From the NCBI GenBank assembly GCA_965237415.1, contig CBDEFM010000001.1, positions 260,205-324,204 on the forward strand: DNA of 64,000 nt. The letters run 5' to 3'. This DNA comes from Alphaproteobacteria bacterium. GTDB taxonomy: Bacteria > Pseudomonadota > Alphaproteobacteria > UBA828. Below, piece after piece: positions 31,184 to 38,359 of the stretch. Within the stretch, counting starts at the first letter, position 1, and every line of letters starts with the position of its first letter. Position numbers and translations under genes: made by a program. The notes beneath the pieces were generated by a model that was not told the origin of the DNA, ran no database searches, and was given only the letters and a program-made list of their open reading frames with translations.

Positions 31184-32709
31184 CTGTAATACTCCGGTCC
31201 TCTAATGTTCGGATGATCGAGGGGCAGGGCCTCGGGTTCCTGCTCGGCGGCGGTGCGATCGGCGCCGGTGCGCAGGATGTTGTCGAGGCCGCGATAGGTT
31301 CGGGTGCCGAGCTCCAGCGCGTAGCGGCAGGCGGCGTCGAAGCGCGCCGGCTCGTGGCCGTTGGCGAGCCGCAGAACGCCGTAGCACGAGCGGAAGCCGA
31401 ACTCCGGATTGGGATTGCGCTCCATGACCGCCGTGACGAAGGCGTGGACATGGGGGCCGAGATCCCGGGCCTTGTCCTCCAGCCGGACGCGGGTGTCCTC
31501 GACGCCGGCGCGCTGATGTGCCTGCGGCTGGTGTTCCCTGAGCGTGGTGGCGCGGCCTCTGGCCTGGCTGCGGAGATGGCTGGCAATCTGCCGGCCTCGG
31601 TGGAAGACGTCGATGACCGATCCGCGCAGGCGGACATCGACCTCCTTGCCGACGTACTGGTAGGGCACCGAGTAGAAGTGGCGGTCGATGGCGATGTGGT
31701 AATCGCGGTGGACCGTGTTCTTGCGCCACTGCGTGCGCTGCCAGCGCCGGTCCGGCAGGGACCGCATGTGGGGGAGATCGACACTCTCGAAACGGCTGTA
31801 GCGGTTCCCGCCCGTGCCATCGGCATAGGGGCGCTCGTTGATCTTCCGGGCCCGGACGGCGATCGCCCGGTTCAGCGACGCCAGATCATGGAAGACATGG
31901 TTGCGCAGCGGCGCCAGGATCCTGCGCTCAACGTGAAGCACTCCTTGTTCGACGAGTCCCTTGTCGCGCGGGCGCCGGACCCGCGCCGGCAGGCCCTGGA
32001 CGCCGTAATGTTCGAGCAGATCGGCGTAGGTCTCGTTCAGGACCGGCTCGTAGCGCGACGGCTGCGTCACCGCCGGCTTGATGTTGTCGGGCACCACCAG
32101 CTGCGGCGCCCAGCCCATGTCCTCGAAGCAGCGCACGTGCGAAGCGCACCAGTCCTCGATCTTCTGGGTCAGCGTCGCCTCGGCGTAGAGCCGCCCCGAC
32201 ACGCCCATCGAGGCCACGAACACCTGCGCCTCGTGCTCGACCCCGTCGACCAGGAGCGCAATCGTCATGCCGGCGTAATCGACGAACAGCCGCTCTCCGG
32301 GACGGCGATTCTGGCGCATCGTCACGTCCCGGCGCGGTCGCCATTCCCGGAACCGGCGGCACCAGGTCGGATAGCTCATCCCGTCGGGATGCGTCTCGCG
32401 CCATTCCTCCCACAGCAGCATCAGAGTCATGCCGCGGCCGGACAGGTCTTTCTCGACCTTCGCCCAGTCCACCTCCGGCCAATCCGAAGCCCGGGACCTG
32501 CGGTAGAGCGCCGCCTCCAGGACCTCCTCGTCCAGGTCGCGGGCCTCCGGCCAGCTCAGCCCCGAGGCGGCAAACCGCTCCAGGATCTGCGCCACCGAGC
32601 GCCGCGCAAGGCCGCAGTGGGTGGCGATGGCGCGGGCGCTGCGGCCCTCGTCGAAATGAAACGCAAGAATCCTCTTCACCTTTCTCATCGGTAACCTTCC
32701 CTGTGCCAT
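31180..32709 (-). CDS. istA: IS21 transposase IstA
   Basis: About 509 aa. N-terminal HTH (RKVKRILAFHFDEGRSARAIATHCGLARRSV) and a DDE region (FVDYAGMT.., VVPDNIKPAV). The start is uncertain (ATG 32709 or 32688). Confidence 0.85.
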   Translation of the reverse strand: MAQGRLPMRKVKRILAFHFDEGRSARAIATHCGLARRSVAQILERFAASGLSWPEARDLDEEVLEAALYRRSRASDWPEVDWAKVEKDLSGRGMTLMLLWEEWRETHPDGMSYPTWCRRFREWRPRRDVTMRQNRRPGERLFVDYAGMTIALLVDGVEHEAQVFVASMGVSGRLYAEATLTQKIEDWCASHVRCFEDMGWAPQLVVPDNIKPAVTQPSRYEPVLNETYADLLEHYGVQGLPARVRRPRDKGLVEQGVLHVERRILAPLRNHVFHDLASLNRAIAVRARKINERPYADGTGGNRYSRFESVDLPHMRSLPDRRWQRTQWRKNTVHRDYHIAIDRHFYSVPYQYVGKEVDVRLRGSVIDVFHRGRQIASHLRSQARGRATTLREHQPQAHQRAGVEDTRVRLEDKARDLGPHVHAFVTAVMERNPNPEFGFRSCYGVLRLANGHEPARFDAACRYALELGTRTYRGLDNILRTGADRTAAEQEPEALPLDHPNIRGPEYYR

Positions 32710-32861
32710 CCCGTATCCCTCGGACCAATCGCGAAAGTCCGAGGCGTACGACGGCACCCTGAGTCGCACCAAAACCCGCCGCCCCGCAGGGGTGGCTACC
32801 TTGGTGAGATTGGGTGGCTACCTTGAGTGAGAATCGGTGGCTACCTTCGTGAGATTCCGCA

Positions 32862-33128
32862 CGCCAGCGCGTCGTCGCCGAAGATGTTGAGACGCGGAAC
32901 CACGTCGACCAGGCCGCGGATGTTGTCGATCATCGAATCGCGGAACACGAGCGGCTTGCCGTTGTCGTCTTCCTGCAACCGCTCCGAAACGCGCTCCACG
33001 GCTTCGCCCAGGCGCCGGTAGAGGTCGGCGACGGCATCGTGCAGCCGCTCCTCGATCTGGCGCTCGATGTCGCGCTTGACCCGGTCGGTGTCGTCGCAGG
33101 CCAGCTTGGCGATAAAGTGGTCGGCGTC
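32862..33128 (-). pseudogene. 5' part of the gene split by IS21 (itself 5'-truncated at a junction with an integrase fragment)
   Basis: ..DADHFIAKLACDDTDRVKRDIERQIEERLHDAVADLYRRLGEAVERVSERLQEDDNGKPLVFRDSMIDNIRGLVDVVPRLNIFGDDALA. The apparent ATG at 33143 is the antisense of integrase-fragment sequence and so is fortuitous. Confidence 0.55.
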
Positions 33129-33131
33129 GGG

Positions 33132-33332
33132 GACCTTCGTCATTCGTATGCGTCCCGGGCGCTGGCACTCGGCGAGAGCCTGACGGTCATCGGCCGGCTG
33201 CTCGGCCACAACAAGGTCGAGACCACCGCCAAGTATGCCCATCTGGTTCGCGACGCGGAAAAGGCCGCAGCCGCGCGCACCGGCGACAGCATCGGCGCCC
33301 AGCTCATGCCCGTCGGTGCCGAGGCGGCGTGA
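33132..33332 (+). pseudogene. Tyrosine-integrase C-terminal fragment
   Basis: DLRHSYASRALALGESLTVIGRLLGHNKVETTAKYAHL holds box II with the catalytic His and Tyr, ending at a stop at 33332. Confidence 0.75.
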
Positions 33333-33343
33333 AGGGGGAAACG

Positions 33344-33469
33344 ATGGCCGTACAGCAGAAGATCCTCTCCAACCGCACCGTGGCGGCGCTCAGGGTCGAA
33401 CGGGACACGGTGTTCTGGGACCGGGACCTGACTGGATTTGGAAATTACGATCCGATTTTGGTCTCGTGA
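33344..33469 (+). pseudogene. Tyrosine-integrase N-terminal fragment (DUF4102-type), 11 nt after the previous fragment
   Basis: MAVQQKILSNRTVAALRVERDTVFWDRDLTGFG parallels MAHKKRVRLTDTAIARLRPREREYTVWDGSLPGLG of the integrase at 16694. Homology breaks after LTGFG near 33445. Confidence 0.65.
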
Positions 33470-33743
33470 ATCAGGATAAACTATTGAATTAAATAACTAT
33501 ATTGCACTTTCCATCTTCCGCGCGCACCCATGTATCATCGGTTCCGTAAGCACAGCACAAGGGGATTCACTATAGTCCAGGCGCATCCCTACGCGCTCTA
33601 GGCGTAGCATCCGTGATCGACAATCCTGGCGCGTCACCGTTCCTCCAGGCCGTGATGGCCCGGCCGGGCGGAGGAAGTGAATGGCCGCTGTCGAGGCGGC
33701 GGCGAAACCGTGCCGAGCCGATCGCTGACGCGCAGGCAGTCGA

Positions 33744-33908
33744 ACCGGCGCCGGTGAAGCGCGGGGTCTCGACAAAGGTCTCGATGAGCACGGGAGTAGT
33801 GCTGTAGCGCTGGGTCCAGTCCTGGGGCAGTTGGCATCGGACGAGGGACAAGATGTGCGAGCTCAGGTTGGGGGTGGTAATCCAGGGGAGGATGGGGATG
33901 CAAGTGGG
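33744..33908 (-). pseudogene. Second, more degenerate DUF4338 (DruA-like) fragment
   Basis: PTCIPILPWITTPNLSSHILSLVRCQLPQDWTQRYSTTPVLIETFVETPRFTGAG is about 75% identical to the fragment at 24009..24312. Downstream frames are degenerate. Confidence 0.55.
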
Positions 33909-33939
33909 GGCTCCCTTCTCGGCCTTTTGAGAGAAGCCT

Positions 33940-34593
33940 CTAGTTTTCTGTCGGTCCACACCTTTCCAGAACCTTTTCCCTTCGGTGACGGGCCACAAGT
34001 AGGGCCAGCAGGAGTGTTGATGTCATCTTCGAGACCTTGAAAAAGGCATCCGCTACGTTGTAATAGTTGGCCTCTTCGTGCTTTGGATCCTCACCAGACA
34101 CGACGAAATAAGCCATTTGATCCTCGGCATTCGTCCCAACTAAAGTGGGCCAGAAGTGCCGGAACGACAGGTGCACGAAATCGGACGTTTCTTCGTAGAG
34201 CTGCGTGACCCATGGATATTTCTCGGACAACCGCTCGTGCAGGTATGCATCTGTCATTGACTTCCCATTCTTTGATTTCAGTTTCCTGAACGTAGTCTCA
34301 CCGTCGAAGATACGCTTAACGTCGATTTCAGGATCGGCCAATAGCGGGATTCCGTTGACCCTCATGGCCGTGTCGATCTGCGTGCGTACCAGGATAGTGG
34401 CGCAGGAGAAATTCCATCCTTCAACGAGTTTGCGAAAACCCAGGGACTGCGAGACCGTTCGCTTCATCGCTCCGAGCAGGAAATTGTCTATAGAGGAAAT
34501 GGGTGCGCCTGACGGAAGAATCGACTGGCCCTTGCGTAGCAACTCGCTCTCAAGGCTCTCAATAGCGTTGAGGCGTTCAGCAAGACTCTTCAT
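33940..34593 (-). CDS. Hypothetical protein (217 aa), low-GC orphan
   Basis: ATG 34593 is preceded by GGAGG. Amino-acid composition is balanced and GC is clearly lower than in neighbouring DNA. No motif recognised. Confidence 0.55.
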   Translation of the reverse strand: MKSLAERLNAIESLESELLRKGQSILPSGAPISSIDNFLLGAMKRTVSQSLGFRKLVEGWNFSCATILVRTQIDTAMRVNGIPLLADPEIDVKRIFDGETTFRKLKSKNGKSMTDAYLHERLSEKYPWVTQLYEETSDFVHLSFRHFWPTLVGTNAEDQMAYFVVSGEDPKHEEANYYNVADAFFKVSKMTSTLLLALLVARHRREKVLERCGPTEN

Positions 34594-34686
34594 TTGTCGC
34601 CTCCATCCCAATCGCTATCCCGTTCGTCGCAGCAACGCACCTCCCGTCTCCCTGCAATGGAACCGGCGCGGTCGGCGGTCGCGCCT

Positions 34687-34962
34687 TCACCGGTTGACGG
34701 CATCGCGGAGCGCCTTGCCGGCCTTGAACGACGGTGCCTTCGAGGCGGCGACGGCGATGCTTTCGCCGGTCGCGGGATTGCGGGCCTGTCTTGCCGCCCT
34801 GGCCCTGGTCGAGAAGCGCCCGAACCCCGCGATGGCGACGGTGTCGTCATGCGCCAGAGCGTCGGTGATGGCGGAGAATACGGCAGCGACGGCACGATTG
34901 GCGGTTGCGTTGTCCAGAGACGCCTCGGCGGCCACGCGGGCGGTCAATTCGGACTTGTTCAT
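34687..34962 (-). CDS. HU/IHF-family nucleoid-associated DNA-binding protein
   Basis: MNKSELTARVAAEASLDNATANRAVAAVFSAITDALAHDDTVAIAGFGRFSTRARAARQARNPATGESIAVAASKAPSFKAGKALRDAVN is a canonical 91-aa HU, including the RNPxTG arm. Confidence 0.9.
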   Translation of the reverse strand: MNKSELTARVAAEASLDNATANRAVAAVFSAITDALAHDDTVAIAGFGRFSTRARAARQARNPATGESIAVAASKAPSFKAGKALRDAVNR

Positions 34963-35774
34963 GGTGTATCCCCCGGGGTGCGATCGGACAGCCGCGGTCG
35001 GTGCGGCCTCCGGCAAGGGTGCCGATTCGCCGGGCGGCGATCAACGGGTGGTGTGACAACCCGGACCAACGGGTACGTCCCCGACCCGGCATGGCGTTGC
35101 GGGACGGGCTGAGTCGGGTTGGGGATGTCGAACCCGACATCGGGTACCGGGCAAGCGACCGGAGCCACGCGAGCCAACCGCGGTTGCCTCTGTGGACATG
35201 GCGATGTCTTCCGATATGAGCGTGGGCAGACGGCGGTGGCGGATTTGCCCGTCGCGGAGGACAGGCCGGCCGCGCGGATGCCCCGCGCCTCCGGATGCCC
35301 TCCCAGCATGAATTTCTACGCAAACGGCATTTTCGTTCCGGTCGGCACGCCGCCAATGAAAGCGGTGGTGCATGCGGTGCATGCGGATTGTCGAACGCGT
35401 CCCGATCCCGGTCGAGCGCGTCGGCATGCGGCAGGACCGGAGGGTTCCGAGAGCATCCGTGTCGTCGCGAGCGGCAGCCGACCGGCATCGATCGCCGCGA
35501 ACATCGGGCGCGTGAGATCCGGGCCGGTACCGCCTGGATGCGGGCGGTGTCGCATCGGAATCAGAAACGCCCGGAGAACGACGTGCCCCGGCGAGTACCC
35601 CACGTTCGGTCGGGGTTTGAATGACGCGACGGCCGCCCCATACCAATCGATGGAGAACATGCGGCCGGGCGCTCATGGCGGGAACCGTATGTTCGAGAAG
35701 AGAAAGGATGTCATTTGTGGAGTCGCCGCCGCCGGCGGCGATTTCACCCGTTCACCCTCGTTGCCGATGGCGCT

Positions 35775-35948
35775 CGGCGCTGATGGACACCGTGTCCGGG
35801 CGCAGCGCCCGGGCCGGCGCAGCGCCGGGAGCGAATTGGTGGCGAGCCTGCACAGGGGACGCTGGAAGACCACCGCGAAGGTGAATCGCTACGCCAAGCG
35901 GTTGCTCACCCGTCGCAGGCACGCGAGTGACCTCGCGCGGGCGCGGGT
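35775..35948 (+). pseudogene. Degenerate C-terminal remnant of a second Cre-like recombinase, opposite orientation to the intact one
   Basis: GADGHRVRAQ..LHRGRWKTTAKVNRYAKRLLTRRRHASDLARA compares with SGHSTRVGAAQ..LHAGRWKTTAMVNRYGERLLARRSGAAQLARL in the intact gene. Confidence 0.45.
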
Positions 35949-36830
35949 CCGACTGACCGGGTTCACCGGTGCACCGGCAACCGGTATCGTGCCGACGCCA
36001 CCGCCGCGCGCGATTGCACGGGGAATCGGTATGCGATTTCGACGTCGCGCGGTCCGTGCAGCCCTTCATCGCAATCGCGCAAGGCGCCTCGCCCCGCGTG
36101 ACGCACGACAGGGCGTTACCGGGCACCCACGGTCATTCGCACTGTGTCTGTCGACAGCCCCGCACAGTACAGCGCGCTCTCCGGCGAAGTGTGTCTGGAA
36201 CTTCGGTGCGCGCCGGCTATCGTCGGCGTCAGTCACCGACGCACAGGCAACGAGATGGCTTGCATCGGCAAGGCGACGGACCGCCACCGGAGCGGAGTGC
36301 GCACACCGACCCCACTGGGCGCCCTCGCGGGTCGCGCCGCAACGACGATGTTGCATCCGCGCATTCGAAGGTGCGTCGACGGCCATCGCGCCCGGGGCGG
36401 GGGTAGCCGGTTGCAGGCGAAACACCCGAAGGCGTCCCCGTGCGGCAGGCCCAATGCCGGTCGAGCATCGAGGTTGCCGCAAACGGCATTTTCATTCCCG
36501 CCGCCGAGTCGATAGTCAGGTCGGTGCACGACACGGCAGCCGCGGCCGGAGGCGCGGACGGTGAAGCGGAGAGGATCGGAAAGCTCGGGAGCGGAGACGG
36601 CGAACCGCCGCAACGGCGCCGGGGAATGCCGGGCGCGGCGGGCCGTCCATCGCGGCGCGACAGGCGCGATCTTGGCCACGGGCAGGCCATCGGACGGGCT
36701 GCTCTCGCACGTGTCGGGACGCGCATGCACCGAAGGCGCTCGAAGCGCCCGGTCGCGTCCGAAAAATTGTTTGAAAGCAACCGGTTGCGGCGGATTCCAA
36801 GCAGCTCTGGCCTGGAGTCCACGACACCGT

Positions 36831-36864
36831 TTGGCTCGCGATAACTGTTGTTATCGCGAGCCAA
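36831..36864 (+). promoter_or_regulatory. 34-bp lox-like palindrome, site A: TTGGCTCGCGATA-ACTGTTGT-TATCGCGAGCCAA
   Basis: Perfect 15-bp arms around the asymmetric centre TGTT. The 13-8-13 layout is the same as loxP. It is identical to site B except that the centre is inverted. Confidence 0.6.
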
Positions 36865-37050
36865 CTTGTCAATTCCTGCGTTTCCGACCGGCGACCCGGA
36901 GGCTGCCCAGTCTCGACCCGAACATCGTAAGCCGTGCCGGAACTCGATACAACCGGTTGGTTCAAGGGCGGTTTCTTCCTCCCGGGACGCGCCGACTGTG
37001 ATGCGCGCGCCTCCCTCGCCCGGAAGCCGACCCTGAGCCCGGCGACGATT

Positions 37051-37065
37051 TTGGCTCGCGATAAC
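37051..37065 (+). promoter_or_regulatory. Isolated half-site TTGGCTCGCGATAAC
   Basis: Exact copy of one 15-bp arm without its partner, located 94 bp beyond the recombinase stop codon. Confidence 0.45.
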
Positions 37066-37158
37066 ATTTTCTGGAAATCCGCCCCTTGGCACGATTCCTG
37101 TCGGGCGCACGGCGCCGGACGCCGCCGTGGGTACGCCGCATGATACGCCACCGCGCCC

Positions 37159-38130
37159 CTACTCGCGATGCTGTAAACGGGCGAGCTGCGCCGCCCCGCT
37201 TCGCCGCGCCAGGAGGCGCTCGCCGTAGCGGTTGACCATCGCCGTCGTCTTCCACCGTCCCGCGTGCAGGATGGCCGCCATGCCGATGCCTTCGGCGACC
37301 ATGTCCTGCGCCGCCCCGACCCGTGTGCTGTGCCCGGAGATGCGCTCGACGACGTCGCCGGGCAATCCGGCACGCTCGGCCATGGCCTTGAAGATGCGCG
37401 GCACCTGGCTCGCATCGAGCCGCTCGCCGACCGCACCCCGGTTCAGCGAGCGGAAGAGCATGCCTTGGCACACGCCGCTTCGCTCGAGCCACTCGTGCAC
37501 CAGCGCCACGCTGTCGCGCGCAAGATACGCCGTCGCGCCCCGGCCTTCGGCGTCCGTCTTGGAGCGGCGCACCAGCACCGTGGCCGCGCCGTCGCGTTCT
37601 TCAACGATATCCGTCACTTGCAGCGCGACGAGCTCGCCCCGGCGCAGCAGCGTGTCGTAGGCGACGGCCAGTAGCGCGCGGTTGCGCGCATCGATGAGCC
37701 CATCGCCCATGGCGTCGAGCAGGCGCTCGCGCAGCGCCCCGGTGAGCCCCTTGGCCTGCGCCTGACGCCGGCCCGTTCGCCGGTGCATGCGCTGCAGCGC
37801 GCGTCGCACCGGCTCGCGTTGCGTCGTCTTTCCCACCCCCATCGCCCGGTGCGCGGCGGCGATGCTCGCCACGTAGCGGCGCACCGTCGCGGGCGCGCGG
37901 ACCCGGGCCATGGCGTCGACGAACGCGGCGAGGGTCTCGGCGCTCGCGGCCAGCGCCGGCTCACCGCGCTCGGTGCACCAGGCGGCGTAGATGGCGAGGT
38001 CGGAGCGCAGCGCCCGCTCGGTGTTGGCGCTCAGCGCCCCGCGCGCGGCCTTGGTGCAGGCGTCGAGCGTGTCCCGGTGAGTCTGGCCGTCGCTCTCGCG
38101 CGGCGGGTAGCGAACGGCGTCTACCAGCAT
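37159..38130 (-). CDS. Cre-like tyrosine recombinase
   Basis: 323 aa from ATG 38130 (MLVDAVRYPP). It is colinear with Cre landmarks: AAWC; RNRALLAVAYDTLLRRGELVALQVTDI (Cre RNLAFLGIAYNTLLRIAEIARIRVKDI); RRSKTD; SGHSTRVGAAQDM (Cre SGHSARVGAARDM); HAGRWKTTAMVNRY (Cre QAGGWTNVNIVMNY, catalytic Tyr). The track start 38184 merely reads through site B. Confidence 0.85.
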   Translation of the reverse strand: MLVDAVRYPPRESDGQTHRDTLDACTKAARGALSANTERALRSDLAIYAAWCTERGEPALAASAETLAAFVDAMARVRAPATVRRYVASIAAAHRAMGVGKTTQREPVRRALQRMHRRTGRRQAQAKGLTGALRERLLDAMGDGLIDARNRALLAVAYDTLLRRGELVALQVTDIVEERDGAATVLVRRSKTDAEGRGATAYLARDSVALVHEWLERSGVCQGMLFRSLNRGAVGERLDASQVPRIFKAMAERAGLPGDVVERISGHSTRVGAAQDMVAEGIGMAAILHAGRWKTTAMVNRYGERLLARRSGAAQLARLQHRE

Positions 38131-38167
38131 GGGGAAGCCTCCAGGTCCGTGGAATACGGCCCGGAGA

Positions 38168-38201
38168 TTGGCTCGCGATAACAACAGTTATCGCGAGCCA
38201 A
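38168..38201 (+). promoter_or_regulatory. 34-bp lox-like palindrome, site B: TTGGCTCGCGATA-ACAACAGT-TATCGCGAGCCAA
   Basis: Exact reverse complement of site A, so the two sites are in inverted orientation. It lies between the divergent recombinase and giant autotransporter genes. Confidence 0.6.
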
Positions 38202-38359
38202 ATCGAGTGCGGCGGGGCGACCGGTTCGGACGTGGGCGAAGACGAGGAGCCACGGGCGATGTCGGGGCCATGTCCGCCGTGTCTCGGCTGGGAAGGGGGA
38301 CGTCGGGCGCTCGCGCGCGGCGCCTGCGGCGACGAAGGCAAGGCCGGGGAGATGGGTTC

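Larger units (their letters stand above)
30086..32861 (-). mobile_element. IS21-family insertion sequence (2,776 bp), intact
   Basis: Termini are TGCGGA(T/A)TCTCAC.. and ..GTGAGATTCCGCA. Multiple subterminal repeats of TCTCACnnAgGTAGCC(A/G)(C/G)C are present (4 at 30091-30180, 3 at 32789-32861). The istA-istB pair is present. A 6-bp direct repeat CGCCAG flanks both ends (30080-30085, 32862-32867). Confidence 0.9.

Noticed and set aside
33447-33580. Possible remnant of a second IS1595-family left end. It shares the 12-mer CACAAGGGGATT with the region upstream of the transposase ATG at 18222-18233 and begins GGAAATTA.
   Set aside because: A 12-mer match is expected hundreds of times by chance in 64 kb, and the flanking similarity is too patchy to align convincingly by eye.
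35119-36564. 481-aa plus-strand ORF in the region between HU and the recombinase module.
   Set aside because: Composition is extremely Arg-rich. Third-position GC in the stretch I checked is about 68%, equal to bulk GC. Only a short segment resembles anything (a recombinase C-terminus remnant). It was treated as non-coding or pseudogenic.
36867-36872. Consensus -35 hexamer TTGACA (minus strand) directly abutting site A and pointing outward, as a possible switchable promoter.
   Set aside because: No acceptable -10 element lies at 16-18 nt; the spacing falls inside the palindrome (AACAGT/CAACAG). A single hexamer match is expected by chance.
36831-38201. Reading the two 34-bp palindromes as Rho-independent terminators or REP-type repeats.
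   Set aside because: Not fully excluded, since a 15-bp stem with a 4-nt loop would fold. However, site B lies between two divergent 5' ends, there is no U-tract, an isolated half-site exists, and all 2.5 copies cluster around a Cre-like gene. Recombination sites explain these facts better.
38129-38359. ATG at 38129 as the start of the giant autotransporter (the track's 3066-aa ORF).
   Set aside because: This ATG overlaps the recombinase start on the other strand and the ORF reads through lox-like site B. The first about 190 residues are low-complexity Arg-rich. The frame is probably just open upstream sequence, and the true start remains unresolved.
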